Of a stretch of DNA of 64,000 nt, positions 24,262 through 37,200 are shown piece after piece. A model generated the notes under the pieces. The model was not told the DNA's origin. It searched no databases and saw only the letters and a list, made by a program, of their open reading frames with translations. The number at the start of each line of letters is the position of its first letter. The stretch's first letter is position 1. The translations under genes and the position numbers were made by a program. Origin of the DNA: Blasia pusilla (lineage: Eukaryota); assembly GCA_050084515.1 (NCBI GenBank), contig CM114271.1, positions 31,992,001 through 32,056,000 of the forward strand, in the 5' to 3' direction.

Positions 24262-25141
24262 CAACTGAGTTATACACACGAAGTTGTGAGAGATTTGAGT
24301 TTCTGCACTTCTAGATTTGAGCATTTCAGATCTGAATCTTGCCGAGGCCATAACTTTGAGGTGGAGTGTCATATGAATCAGAGATTTGGAGGCAACGTGG
24401 AGTATAAGGAGGCGCCCTAGCCCTCAGATTTGCAAGCACAACCGAGTTATACACACGAAGTTGTGAGAGATTTGAATTTCTGCACTTCCAAATTTGAGCA
24501 TTTCAGATCTGAATATTTCCGAGGCCATAACTTTGAGGTGGACTGTCATATGAAGCTCAGATTTCAAGGTAACGTGGAATATAAAGAGGCGCTCTAGCTC
24601 TTAGATTTGCAAGCACAACCGAGTTATACACACGAAGTTGTGAGAGATTTGACTTTCTGCACTTCTAGATTTGAGCATTTCAGATCTGAATCTTTCCGAG
24701 GCCATAACTTTGAGGTGGAGTGTCATATGAATCTGAGATTAGGAGGCAACGTGGAGTATAAAGAGGCGCCATAGCCCTCAGATTTGCAAGCCTAATTGAG
24801 ATATACACACGAAGTTGTGAGAGATTTGAGTTTCCGCACTTCTAGATTTGAGCATTTCAGATCTGCATCTTTCCGAGGCCATAACTTTGAGGTGGAATGT
24901 CATATGAATGTGAGATTTGGAGGCAACGTGGAGTCTAAAGAGCCACCCTAGCCCTCAGATTTGCAAGCACAATCGAGTTATACACACGAAGTTGTGAGAG
25001 ATTTGAGTTTCTGCACTTCTAGATTTGAGCATTTCAGATCTGAATCTTGCCGAGGCCATAACTTTGAGGTGGAGTGTCATATGAATCTGAGATTTGGAGG
25101 CCACGTGGAATGTCTAGAGGCGTCATAATCCTAGAAATTTC
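24261..25141 (+). repeat. 177-bp tandem monomers x5
   Basis: Period 177 measured between AAGCACAACC-like starts. Confidence 0.95.
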
Positions 25142-28100
25142 AAGTACAACCAAGTTCTAGAGCAGAAGTTGTGTGGTGTTGGAGATTCAATTATACTTTT
25201 TCGGGATGCAAGTGAAGTCGACTACAGGATGACCACTCAAGACGAAATCTTGAATCTAGTGCAAGTCGTCTTGCATGAAGTTAAAGAGCTTCGACAAGAA
25301 ATTCAAGGTACAAACTTCTCAATTAAACCATGCACATATTCAAATCCGAGAGTTGAAGGCAACGCAAGAGGTTCTGAAGAAAGTGTTGAAAGATAGTTCT
25401 AGTGTGATCTTTGGATCTTTCCAAATCTGCTATGCGGATGTTCAAGAGAAGGCATCATCCTTGGTGACTACTCCCAATAGTTCAGGATTGCATGAGGTTG
25501 TTGAAACTTTAGAAGTGAAAATGAAATCTTATCTTTGAAGCTACAAAGGTTGCTCATATCTCTTTTGTCAAGAGCAAGAGATAGAAAAAGAAAACCAATT
25601 TGCGCGTAGAAAGAATGTGAGAATCTCAGGTTTGCCGGAAACAGAGAGCGAAGAGGTGAAGAGTGTTGTCACCAAGTTCTTGGTTGATACACTTCATGTT
25701 CATAACCCGGACTTGGCTCAAGCTTTTCGCATTGGGAAAACGGGCACACAACCTCGTGCCATTCTAGTCAAGTTTGTTGATCAAACTCAACGTGATACTG
25801 CCATGGCTAACAAGGCCATTCTCAAAGGACCAAGGATATGGTTGGATCCTAATCTCACTCCTCTACAAGTCGAAGCTAGGAGAAAAGAGCTTGCAAAGGT
25901 CAAAGAGGCTCAAGAAGCAGGTTTTATTGCTTATCTACGCGATGAGCGAGCAATTGTTACTCAGAGAAAAAGAGAGTTATCAACCTAGCAATCCAAGAAG
26001 CTGAGAGTGTTGATGTGGAATATACGAGGCCTTTCAACAACAAAGTATGTGAGTGCTCTACCAATTTGGGAGATGGCGGATATTATCAATGTTGTGGAGA
26101 CTTGGGAACATGAGAGCAATATTATTGCAGAGATGCAAGGGTTTACTTTGGTGGGATCGACATGGAATCAAAAAAGGCAACGGGCAGGAACGGGTTATGG
26201 CGGTATTGCTACTTTCATCAGGTCTCAATTTCTACCTCTCATTCATCTAGAAGATCAAGATATCGGGGGCCAATATCATTGGCTACGTCTTGGTTTCGTT
26301 GGGGGATCTTATTGTTATTTGGCACCACTCTCCATGCCTATCTACTCAACACGCACTCATTATCGAAGTCAACCGTTCCATCGACTTATTGGGGATGTTC
26401 TCAAATATCAAAGTAAAGGTGAAGTCTTTCTAGTTGGAGATTTCAGTGCTCGCACACGTACTGCTCAATTTACCCAATTCAGTGATTCCTTGATTTCTCC
26501 TCTTCTCAAGAATATGAGGATGGTTTGTGGTCTAGAACATCTTCAGATCTTTGTACAAATCCTTTTGTGAGCATTTTTAACCTTTTGAGGCACTTGTAAT
26601 TTGAAAGTTCTTAATGGAACCTCTCATTTTCCCAACTCTCACTCCAAATGTGTTTCTCCTCTACCAGCGCTAGCACCATTGATTATCTTCTATCCTCGCT
26701 CACGATAGCTCTCTTATCTCTAAATTTGATATTCTAGAACCTCAGCCTGAATCAGATCATGCACCTCTTTTGTTTACTCTCTCACTATCAAAGGCCATTC
26801 CTCTCTCGACATGTCAATCTATTTGAGCTTCTCCGAAGTTTCGCTTAGATCCAGGTAAAAAAGATCTTTATATGCTACATTTACAAGAACACTTGACTCG
26901 CATTGTATGGAGCCTGGATCCAAACACGGCAAGTATGCAACTAACCGAATTGCTCAAAAACAGTGCATCTAAGTTCTTTTCGCGCCAGAGGGATAGAAGT
27001 GCCAGGAGGCTGCCTTGTAATGGGTGGTTTGACTCTCAATGCAAGCAAGCAAGGGCACGATCAGTTGATAAATCTTTGGATATCCCAAGTCGGCTTATTA
27101 TGACGAGCCTTTACAAATACTTGGTGAAATCTAAGAAACGAGCTTTTCTTGGCGTAAAACAAGAGTCTTTGACAAGGGAGTGCATGAGGACCCCAAATCA
27201 TTTTGGAGACGGTTAGTAGTACGGTCTTCAAAACCTATTCTTGATCCCAAGTCTTTGATATCTTTTTTTAAAAGCTCTATTTCTTCCCGATGCTACGCGT
27301 CTATGCCACGTTGTGAAGGAATACCTAGCTTATTCTCTGAAGGAGAGGTGATGACTCAACTAAGAAGATTGGCGAATGGTAAATGTGAGGATTTGGATGG
27401 TCTTTCTATTGAACTTTTCAAGTGGGGAGGAGATTGTATTGGACCGATCCTCACCAAATTATTGGGTGATGCTGCTATCTATGGTTTTCCTTCAACCTAG
27501 TTGCTACGGGAGATTGTCCCTATTCACAAATCAGGAAGGAAGGACTTGGTAACAAACTATCGCACTATCATGGTGGGTAGTGTTTTTGCCAAGTTGTTTG
27601 GGAAATTGGTGGAGTCGAAGTTGAGCACATGGACAAAGTCTTTCCAAAAGAGAGCACGGGCCCAAGCTGGTTTTCGTCCAACATACAACACCATCGATCA
27701 TATCTTGGCCTTGCGTGTTTCATGGGAGAAATCTAAGGGCAATGGAAAAGCTTTGTTTTGCGGCTTCATCGATTTCAAGAAAGCTTTTGATATTGCACCT
27801 CATAAGCTCTTATGGGGGAAAGGCCGCAAGCCATTGGAGTTCCACAAAATCTCCTAGCAGCCGTGGCCACGTTATACCATTCCGTTCGGGCCAAGATCAA
27901 AGGTTCACAAACTCAAGAGATCTTGAGCACCATTGGAGTCATTCAAGGTTGCCCTCTCTCCCCTACAATTTTGGAGTTTTCATAGATGATATCGAAAAGT
28001 GGTTGGAGGAATGTGATAGTGAAGGGTCAAGCTTGGGGACTTTGTCATCAAAGCTCTATTGTATGCAGATGATATCATATTACTAGCACGTGATGGCATT

Positions 28101-29299
28101 AGTTTACAAAAGCACCTCGACACTTTGGCAAGGTTTTGTACCTAATCAGATGGAGGTTAATATGGACAAGTCTAAAGTCATTATAGTGGGTACTAGATCC
28201 AAGTTCTCGTTCTTTTACAAAGGTCTACAATTAGAACAAGTGAAGAGTTACAAATATCTAGGCATCGATTTCTCTCATGACTATAGTTGGGCACTTTGCG
28301 TGCAAAAGAGAGTAGAAGCTGGTTACAAAGCTCTATATTCATTTTTAAACGGTGTAGAAGAGCTCATCTTGTGTCTTGGAGTCTTAGGAAATTCTTATTT
28401 AGGAGCTTTAGTGTTTACCGGTGGTCTTATATGGGACCCAAGTTTGGGGCCCTAGTTGTAAGAAGACAAGTTGGGAGAGCGTGGAAAGAGTGCAAAAGAT
28501 TTTCTACAAGAAGAATTGGGTGTAAAAACCAAACTCCGTATGCTATTCTTCTTGGAAAAGGTTTTCTTCCTCTAGAAGCTGAAGCTCTTTACTTGACCAT
28601 CACTTACATCGCAAGGGTGAGATCTCTTGATGTTTCTCGCCTCCCTCATCAAGCTTTGCGAGCCACACGTTCCATAGGGTGGATGGCGGATGTGGTGACT
28701 TGGTCTTCAAAATGGAATGTGGCAGAACGCGATTGGGACTTGAAACCGATGGCCCTCCGTGAGCATCTACAGAAGCAATCTCTCAACATCATTTGGAGCA
28801 GTGCGGGCACCAAAATGGAGTTTTATCAACTTCATGTTAATCCTATGCTTGTATATTGTGAACAAGGATACCTACTTGCGGGGATCTCCACGTTCTTACG
28901 ACATATTATCGCACGTCATAGAACTGGGTCTCATAGGCTAGGAATTGAGGAAGGACGATGGTTTAAAATTGATAGAAGTGAACTAATTTGTAGGTTATGT
29001 GACGGAGAAAATATTGAGGATGAAGAGCATGTGTTTGTTACATGTCCAAGGTATGGAGAAATAAGACTAGCTCATAAAATAGATGTGGAGAATTTCTATT
29101 CTTTACTACAGCTAGTGCCTTATGATTTAGGTTGTTATATTATGGACGTCATCATTCATCGCTCAAGTGCTCTAGGCTGTAGCTAGGAGAAGGTCTTAAG
29201 GATCTTTTTCAGGGTCAGTCAATGAATGACTTGTAATGTGTTTTTCAGCCTTTTGACCCTTTGGGTCCCACGGGCTTGATCTATTTACCATTTACCATT
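24261..29299 (+). mobile_element. LINE copy 5, full length, with 5 monomers
   Basis: Monomers at ~24261, 24434, 24611, 24788 and 24965; ORF1 25229-25988; ORF2 26007-29186; tail to 29299. Confidence 0.96.
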
Positions 29300-30144
29300 A
29301 TCTTGAACATCGGCAACGGATTTGGAAAGATCGAGCATCACACTAGAACTATCTTTCAACACTTTCTTCAAAATCTCTTGCGTTGCCCTCAACTCTCGGA
29401 TTTGAATATGTGCATGGTTTAATTGAGAAGTTTGCACCTTGAATTCTTGTCGAAGCTCTTTCAATTCATGCAAGACGACTTGCACTAGATTCAAGATTTC
29501 ATCTTGAGTAGTCATCCTGTCCTCGACTTCACTACATCCTAGAAAGTATAATCAAATCTCCAACACCACACAACTTCTGCACTAGAAGTCGGTTGTGCTT
29601 GCAATTCTGAGGGCTAGGGTGCCTTCTTATACTCCACGTTTCCTCCAAATCTCAGCTTCATATGACACTCCACCTCAAAGTTATGGGCTCGACAAGATTC
29701 AGATCTGAAATCCTCAAATTTACAAGAGCAGAAACTAAAATCTCTCACAACTTCGTGTATATAACTCGGTTGTGTTTTCAATTCTGAGAGCTAGGGCACC
29801 TCTTTATATTCCACGTTGCCTCTAAATCTCAGCTTCATATGACACTCCACCTCAAAGTTATAGTCTCGGCAAGATTCAGATCTGAAATCCTCAAATCTAC
29901 AAGAGCAGAAACTCAAATCTCTCACAACTTCGTGTGTATAACTCGGTTGTGCTTGAAATTCTGAGGACTAAGGCACCTCCTTATACTCCACGTTGCCTCC
30001 AAATCTCAGCTTCATATGACACTCCACCTCAAAGTTATGGCCTCGGCAAGATTCAGATCTGAAATCCTCAAATCTACAAGAGCAGAAACTCAAATCTCTC
30101 ACAACTTCGTGTGTATAACTCGGTTGTACTTCGTGTATAACTCG
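29300..30144 (-). mobile_element. LINE copy 6 (diverged subfamily): about 3 monomers plus ORF1 start, cut by the tail of copy 5
   Basis: MTTQDEILNLVQVVLHELKELRQ 29515-29300; monomers ~29600-30128. Confidence 0.92.
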
Positions 30145-30295
30145 TCTTCCTCGGAAGGCAATGGCCGGCCGTAGCAACCATCGCGATTTGCACTGCAGTA
30201 AATGAGTATTCATCCATAGTGTAGCAACACGCCGTCGTTCGTCAGTGGAGCAACAACTCGCATAATTCTGCTTTTGAGTTCCTTTGAGTACGAGT

Positions 30296-32325
30296 AGTGC
30301 CACATTTGGCTCAGAGAGAGCGCATTGTGCGACATGCCCATGAGGAGTTGGGACATTTTGGGGTAAAGCGTACGTATAGCTTACTCCTTGGCCAGTATTG
30401 GTGGCGTGGCATGCATACTCAGGTGCAGCAGTTTGTGTCACGTTGTATGGTTTGTGACCGGGTGAGGGCATCATTCAATGCCCCTACACCACAATTACAC
30501 CCCTTGCCTATTATGGGGTTGGGTTACCGTTGGAGTGTGGACTTTGCGGGACCGTTACCGTTGACTGTACAACATCATCGATATGTGTTGGTGATGGTGG
30601 AGCACTTCTCCAAGTGGATTGAGTTGGTGGCATTACCGGACAAGGCAAGTGAGGAAACGGCGTATGCGTTTCTTGATAGAGTGCTTAGTCATTTTGGTGC
30701 ACCAACTGAAGTGCTGACCGACCAGGGTACAGAGTTTCAGGGTGAATTTCAGGTCTTGTGTGACAAGGCGTTGATTGATCATCGGACCACGTCTCGAGAT
30801 CATCCGAGGCGGATGGTTTGGCTGGCGTGTGGTTCGGGACGGTGAAGAGGGCATTGCGCAAATATGGCCTCTGAAGGGCATCTTGGAGACCTAGGATATT
30901 CAGCTGCCATGGTTAGCCATGGGGTATAGGTTGATCGCCAAGCATCCTTGGCTTCCTTCTCATCTTATTTTTGTTATACGGCCGAGATCCGGACTTGCCG
31001 CAGAATTCGTCGGGAGTCTAGTGAGGTGGTGAACCTTGATGACCCAGAGATGTGGATGAGGATGTGTTCTCAGCGAGCGGAGCTCTTTCGGAGAGTTATG
31101 CCAACAGCCTTTGAGAATCTTGCCATTGCTCAACACAGGGATACGTTGCGGTATGCAACCATTCGGGGTGGAGGTTATCGACCATCGATTCGTAGGTTCC
31201 ATGTGGGGGACTATGTCTATTTGCAGCAGATTGCACCGACAACGTTGGATATGACGGCGGGCCGCACTATTTTACGAGTGCGCGAGGTGTTAGCTTCTGG
31301 AGTTCTCATGTTGGAGGGTCGTGATGGAGTTGTTTGGAAGGACCATGTGCGTAATTGTGCGCCATGTCATCTTCCAAATGTGGATGGTAGTGTTAACCCA
31401 AGCTTAGCCATGATACGTGCTAGTTTGAGGTGCATGTTGTGTGGGTCTGTTGGTAACGCAGCTCGTATGTTGGTGTGTGATCGGTGTTCTAGGGGTTGGC
31501 ACATGATGCGTTTGACTCCACGTATGGATGTTGTTCCTACTGGAAGGTGGGTTTGTCCTCGATGTACTTAGGAGAGGTAGATGACTTGATCTTTGCATGA
31601 TATGGATTACAGATGTGCGACTAACAATGGGGCAACCTAGCACCCGGCCTTCTGATTCGGGCACCCAAGAAGGAGTATAGCATGTAGTAGATGTATAGGG
31701 CTACCTAGGAGTTAGAGGGACCTAACCACCAATTAGGGGGCGAGTTGTGGTACACTTGTGTTTGTGGATGCTCTCGTCTATGTTATGTATGTATGTGAGT
31801 ATGGTATGTCAGCGATGTATGTTGTATGACGATGTGGATTCGCACGACAGCTGTCATGACCATACGGATTATGTCGTAGAGTATAGTGTGCTAGTAGAGG
31901 CCATTCCTTATGTAGGACCGTAGTGGCTTGGTAGAGATGCGGTTTCATACATAGGGTTGGGGGTTACTCAATTGGGGGTGACTTTCCCAGTAGGGCCCGC
32001 TCTTAGGTTGGAGGATATAAGGTGGAGTGCACTCAAAGAACAGTCAGTTCTTTGAGTTGAGCTTGTTGCGTTGGGAGTTAGCCTTGGTAGTGAGTAGAGC
32101 TCTTGGCTATGGTGTTTCCCGCAAGCTTCGACCTAGATTCTCCCATCGTGGAGTGGGTTTGGCTCGATTGTATGTGATTCTATACGTGTTTTATGACAGT
32201 AGGTCTTTCACGGATTTCAGTTGTGGTACACTTGTGTTTGTGGATGCTCTCGTCTATGTTATGTATGTATGTGAGTATGGAATGTCAGCGATGTATGCTA
32301 TATGACGATGTGGATTCGCACGACA
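30296..32325 (+). mobile_element. Gypsy-type family 1, 3' half: integrase + PHD finger, PPT and A-B-A terminal repeats
   Basis: HEELGH..C..C zinc finger, VDFAGP, TDQGTEF; C-terminal CxxC..CxxC..H..C..W.CxxC PHD-like ending at 31571; purine tract ~31731-31744; ends in ...GCACGACA. Confidence 0.9.
31744..32325 (+). repeat. Split direct repeat terminus A(31744-31849)-gc-B(31852-32219)-A(32220-32325)
   Basis: Two near-identical 106-bp A units; the 368-bp B unit matches 61957-62324 (minus). Confidence 0.93.
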
Positions 32326-32697
32326 GCAGCCATAACGAGTGATAATCATCTCGTATAAAAATTTGGCCACTGCTTTGCTGTCATCTTTGTGCGTGGCCAC
32401 CGCCTCGACCATCTTAGTACAATAGTCGGTGGCTATGAGAATATACTTCCGCCGTGTTTGGCGAGTAGCGGGGGAGATAGGTCCTACAAAGTCAATACCC
32501 CATTTTTCAAAAGGGGCTAGGGGCATGATAGGTACCAAAGGCCACCGCGAGGTTGCCGTGGGTCGACCTGCTCTTTGACACGCATCACAACTCTGGATAA
32601 AGTGACCTACACCTTTGTACATAGTTGGCCACCAATAACGTGCGGCCAAGATTTTCTTGACAGTATTTTTTACCGCATAATGTCCACCAGAATCTAA
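32326..32697 (-). mobile_element. Host gypsy integrase fragment (zinc finger to rve N-half)
   Basis: GGHY..YWWP..CDACQR..WGIDFVGP..TDYCTK..TRYGC; continues in frame at 62325 (CPLELVSDRGTHF). Confidence 0.9.
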
Positions 32698-32723
32698 GGA
32701 TGTCAGCATGCAGACATCCTTAG

Positions 32724-34215
32724 CGTCTTTGCACCGTACTTGCTACTTTATGGCCGAGAGCCAGATTTACATGCGGCCATTCGTCAAGATGTTGGTGAGG
32801 TGCTGGACCTTGATGACCCAGATGTATGGATGCGAGCATGTTCTCATAGGGTTGAATTGTTTTGGAGAGTGATGCCCATGGCGTTCGAGAACTTGGCGAT
32901 TGCGTAGCATTAGGATACGTTGAGGTATGCGACTATTCGGGGTGGTGATTATCGACCAACTATCCGGAGGTTTCATCAAGGAGATTATGTCTACTTGCAG
33001 CAGACGGCATCGACGACGTTGGATGTGATTGCAGGGCGCACTATCCTGAGAATGCGTGACGTTTTGCCATCCGGTGTTCTCTTGCTGGAGGGACACGATG
33101 GTATGGCATGGAAGGACCATGTGCGTAATTGTGCGCCATGTCACCTTCCTAACATTGATGGTACAGTAGATCTGAGCTCAACAGTAGTTCTTGTAGGCTT
33201 GCGTTGTATGTTGTGTGGTTCTGCTCGTGCTGCGGCCACGATGCTAGTATGTGATGGATGTTCGAGAGGTTGGCATATGGCATGTCTGACGCCACCTTTC
33301 ACTAAGGTTCCTCGAGGACAATGGATGTGTCCCAGATGTACATAGAGGAGATATTAGGTAGGTTTCGATTCCAACTTTTTCTGTGACATGGATGATTGGA
33401 AGGCGACTAACGATGGGGCCACATGAGCACCCGGCCTTTATGCTCTTAGCATCCTAGAGATGTATGTCATGGTAGGTAGGGATAGATGGCTATCTGGAGT
33501 TAGAGGGACCTAACCACCAGCTAGTGGGGTGATTGGAGATATTTTGGTACTTCTCGCCTCTGTGTATGGATGTCATGAGTTAGCATGGGATCGTGTGTGT
33601 TTGTGTGTGTGTTCGATGACAGCGATGTATGTTGTGTAGCGATGTGTACACGCACGACACTTGTCATGATTATTAGGATAGATCAGTGGGATCTAGCAGA
33701 ATGTCTGCACGAATAGTGGAGGACAAGCCCATGATGTCGAGGATGATCTGTTGAAGCCCAGGGAAACCTGAGAGAGCAGGTTTCCCCTTCGTTTCGGCTC
33801 ATTTGGAGCCATATTGATGATCTTGCTATTTTAGGTAAGTACCATTTTGAGTATCTGATCGACTTTCTATTATTGGTACATGGTCCTTGACCTCCTACAT
33901 CAGGTCAAGAGCCAGGGAGATGACTTGGGAGAATAGGTTACCATAGAGAGAGCTTGGGAGAGGGGAGGGGTTTACCTCAAGGAGAGAGAGCTTGAGAGCT
34001 CATTCTCTCTTTATTGAACCTCTTAGCATGAGGCGTTGGAACTATGGTCTTGCTTGCCTTGTGTGTGTAACCCAAGCCTCTCATTAGGAGAGTGGTTTTG
34101 GTTTGACATTGAGAGAGACATATGAGAGTGCACACATGTGAGAACTATGGTATTGTGAGAGAGATTGGATCTTATTTTATTGGAGATATTTTGCTACTTC
34201 TCACCTCTGTGTATG
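32724..34215 (+). mobile_element. Gypsy-type family 2, 3' end: integrase C-terminus + PHD, A'(33532-33659)-ct-B'(33662-34178)-A'(34179-, cut by LINE)
   Basis: ORF 32920-33345 with an intact C4HC3 PHD; the same CACGACA-nn-TGTCATGA junction as family 1. Confidence 0.88.
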
Positions 34216-37200
34216 AAGCACAACCGAGTTATACACACGAAGTTGTGAGACATTTGAGTTTCTGCACTTCTAGATTTGAGCATTTCAGATCTGAATCTTG
34301 CCGAGGCCATAACTTTGAGGTGGAATGTCATATGAATCTGACATTTGAAGGCGACGTGGAGTATAAAGAAACGGCCTAGCCCTCAGATTTGCAAGCACAA
34401 CCAAGTTATACACACGAAGTTGTGAGAGATTTGAGTTTCTGCACTTCCAGATTTGAGCATTTCAGATCTGAATATTCCGAGACCATAACTTTGAGGTGGA
34501 GTGTCATATGAAACTGAGATTTCAAGGTGACGTGGAGTATAAAGAGGCTCCCTAGCCCTCAGATTTGCAAGCACAATTGAGATATACACACGAAGTTGTG
34601 AGAGATTTGAGTTTCCGCACTTCTAGATTTGAGCATTTCAGATCTGAATCTTTCCGAGGCCATAACTTTGAGGTGGAATGTCATATGAATGTGAGATTTG
34701 GAGGCAACGTGGAGTCTAAAGAGCCGCCCTAGCCCTCAGATTTGCAAGCACAATCGAGTTATACACACGAAGTTGTGAGAGATTTGAGTTTCTGCACTTC
34801 TAGATTTGAGCATTTCAGATCTGAATCTTGCCGAGGCCATAACTTTGAGGTGGAGTGTCATATGAATCTGAGATTTGGAGGCCACGTGGAATGTCTAGAG
34901 GCGTCATAATCCTAGAAATTTCAAGTACAACCAAGTTCTAGAGCAGAAGTTGTGTGGTGTTGGAGATTCAATTATACTTTCTGGGATGCAGTGAAGTCGA
35001 CTACAGGATGACCACTCAAGACGAAATCTTGAATCTAGTGCAAGTGGTCTTGCATGAAGTGAAAGATTCTCGACAAGAATTCAAGGTACAAATTTCTCAA
35101 TTAAACCATGCACATATTCAAATCCGAGAGTTGAAGGCAACGCAAGAGGTTCTGAAGAAAGTGTTGAAAGATAGTTCTAGTGTGATGCTGGATCTTTCCA
35201 AATCTGTTGCGGATGTTCAAGAGAAGGCATCATCCTTGGTGACTACTCCCAATAGTTCAGGATTGCATGAGATTGTTGAAACTTTAGAAGTGAAAATGAA
35301 ATCTTATGCTGAAGCTACAAAGGTTGCTCATATCTCTTTCTGTCAAGAGCAAGAGATAGAAAAAGAAAACCAATTTGCCCGTAGAAAGAATGTGAGAATC
35401 TCGAGTTTACGGAAAAGAGAGCGAAGAGGTGAAGAGTGTTGTCACCAAGTTCTTGGTTGATACACTTCATGTTCATAACCCGGACTTGGCTCAAGCTTTT
35501 CGTATTGGGAAAACGGGCATACAACCTCGTGCCATTCTAGTCAAGTTTGTTGATCAAACTCAACGTGATACTGCCATGGCTAACAAGGCCATTCTCAAAG
35601 GACGGAGGATATGGTTGGATCCTGATCTCACACCTCTACAAGTCGAAGCTCGGAGAAAGGAGCTTGCAAAGGTCAAAGAGGCTCAAGAAGCAGGTTTTAT
35701 TGCTTATCTACGTGATGGTCGAGCAATTATTACCCAGAGAAAAAGAGAGTTATCAACCTAGCAATCCAAGAAGCTGAGAGTGTAGATGTGGAATATACGA
35801 GGCCTTTCAACAACAAAGTATATGAGTGCTCTACCAATTTGGGAGATGGCGGATATTATCAATATTGTGGAGACTTGGGAACATGAGAGCAATACTATTG
35901 CAGACATGCAAGGGTTTACTTTGGTAGGATCGACATGGAATCAAAGAAGGCAACGTGCAGGAAGGGGTTATGGCGGTATTGCTACTTTCATCAGGTCTCA
36001 ATTTCTACCTCTCATTCATCTAGAAGATCAAGATATCGGGGGTCAATATCATTGGCTACGTCTTCGTTTGGTTGGGGGATCTTATTGTTATTTGGCAGTT
36101 TGTTATTTTGCACCACTCTCCATGCCTATCTACTCAACACGCACTCACAATCGAAGTCAACCGTTCCATCGACTTATTGGGGATGTTCTCAAATATCAAA
36201 GCAAAGGTGAAGTCTTTCTAGTTGGAGATTTCAATGCTCGCACACGTCATCGCTCAATTTACCCAATTCAGTGATTCCTTGATTTCTCCTCTTCTCAAGA
36301 ATATGAGGATGGTTTATGGTCTAGAATCTCTTGAGATCTTTCTACAAATCCTTTGTGAGTATTTTTAACCTTTGGAGCCACTTGTAATTTGAAAGTTCTT
36401 AATGGAACCTCTCATTTTCCCAACTCTCACTCCAATACGTGTTTCTCCTCTCTGGCGCTAGCACCATCGATTATCTTCTGTCCTCGCCTACGATAGCTCT
36501 CTTATCTCTACATTTGATATTCTAGAACCTCAGCCTGAATCAGATCATGCACCTCTCTTGTTTACTCTCTCACTGTCAAAGGAAATTCCTCTCTCGACAT
36601 GTCAATCTATTTTAGCTTCTCCCAAGTTTCGCTTAGATCCTGGTAAAAAAGATCTTTATATGCTACATTTACAAGAACACTTGACTCGCATTGTATGGAG
36701 CCCTGATCCAAACACGGCAAGTATGCAACTAACGGAATTGCTCAAAAACAGTACATCTAAGTTCTTTTCGCGCCACTAGGATAGAAGTCCTAGGAGGCTG
36801 CCTTGTAATGGGTGGTTTGACTCTGAATGCAAGCAAGCAAGGGCACGAGCAGCTGATAAATCTTTGGATATCCCAAGTCGGCTTATTATGACGAGCCTTT
36901 ACAAATACTTGGTGAAATCTAAGAAACGAGCTTTCTTGCGGCGAAAACAAGAGTCCTTGACAAGGGAGCTGCATGAGGACCCCAAATCATTTTGGAGACG
37001 GTTAGTAGTACGGTCTTCAAAACCTATTCTTGATCCCAAGTCTTTGATATCTTTTGCCGAAAAGCTCTATTTCTTCCCCGATGCTACGTCTATGCCACGT
37101 TGTGAAGGAATACGTGGCTTATTCTCTGAAGGAGAGGTGATGACTCAACTAAGAAGATTGGCGAATGGTAAATGTGAGGATTTGGATGGTCTTTCTATTG

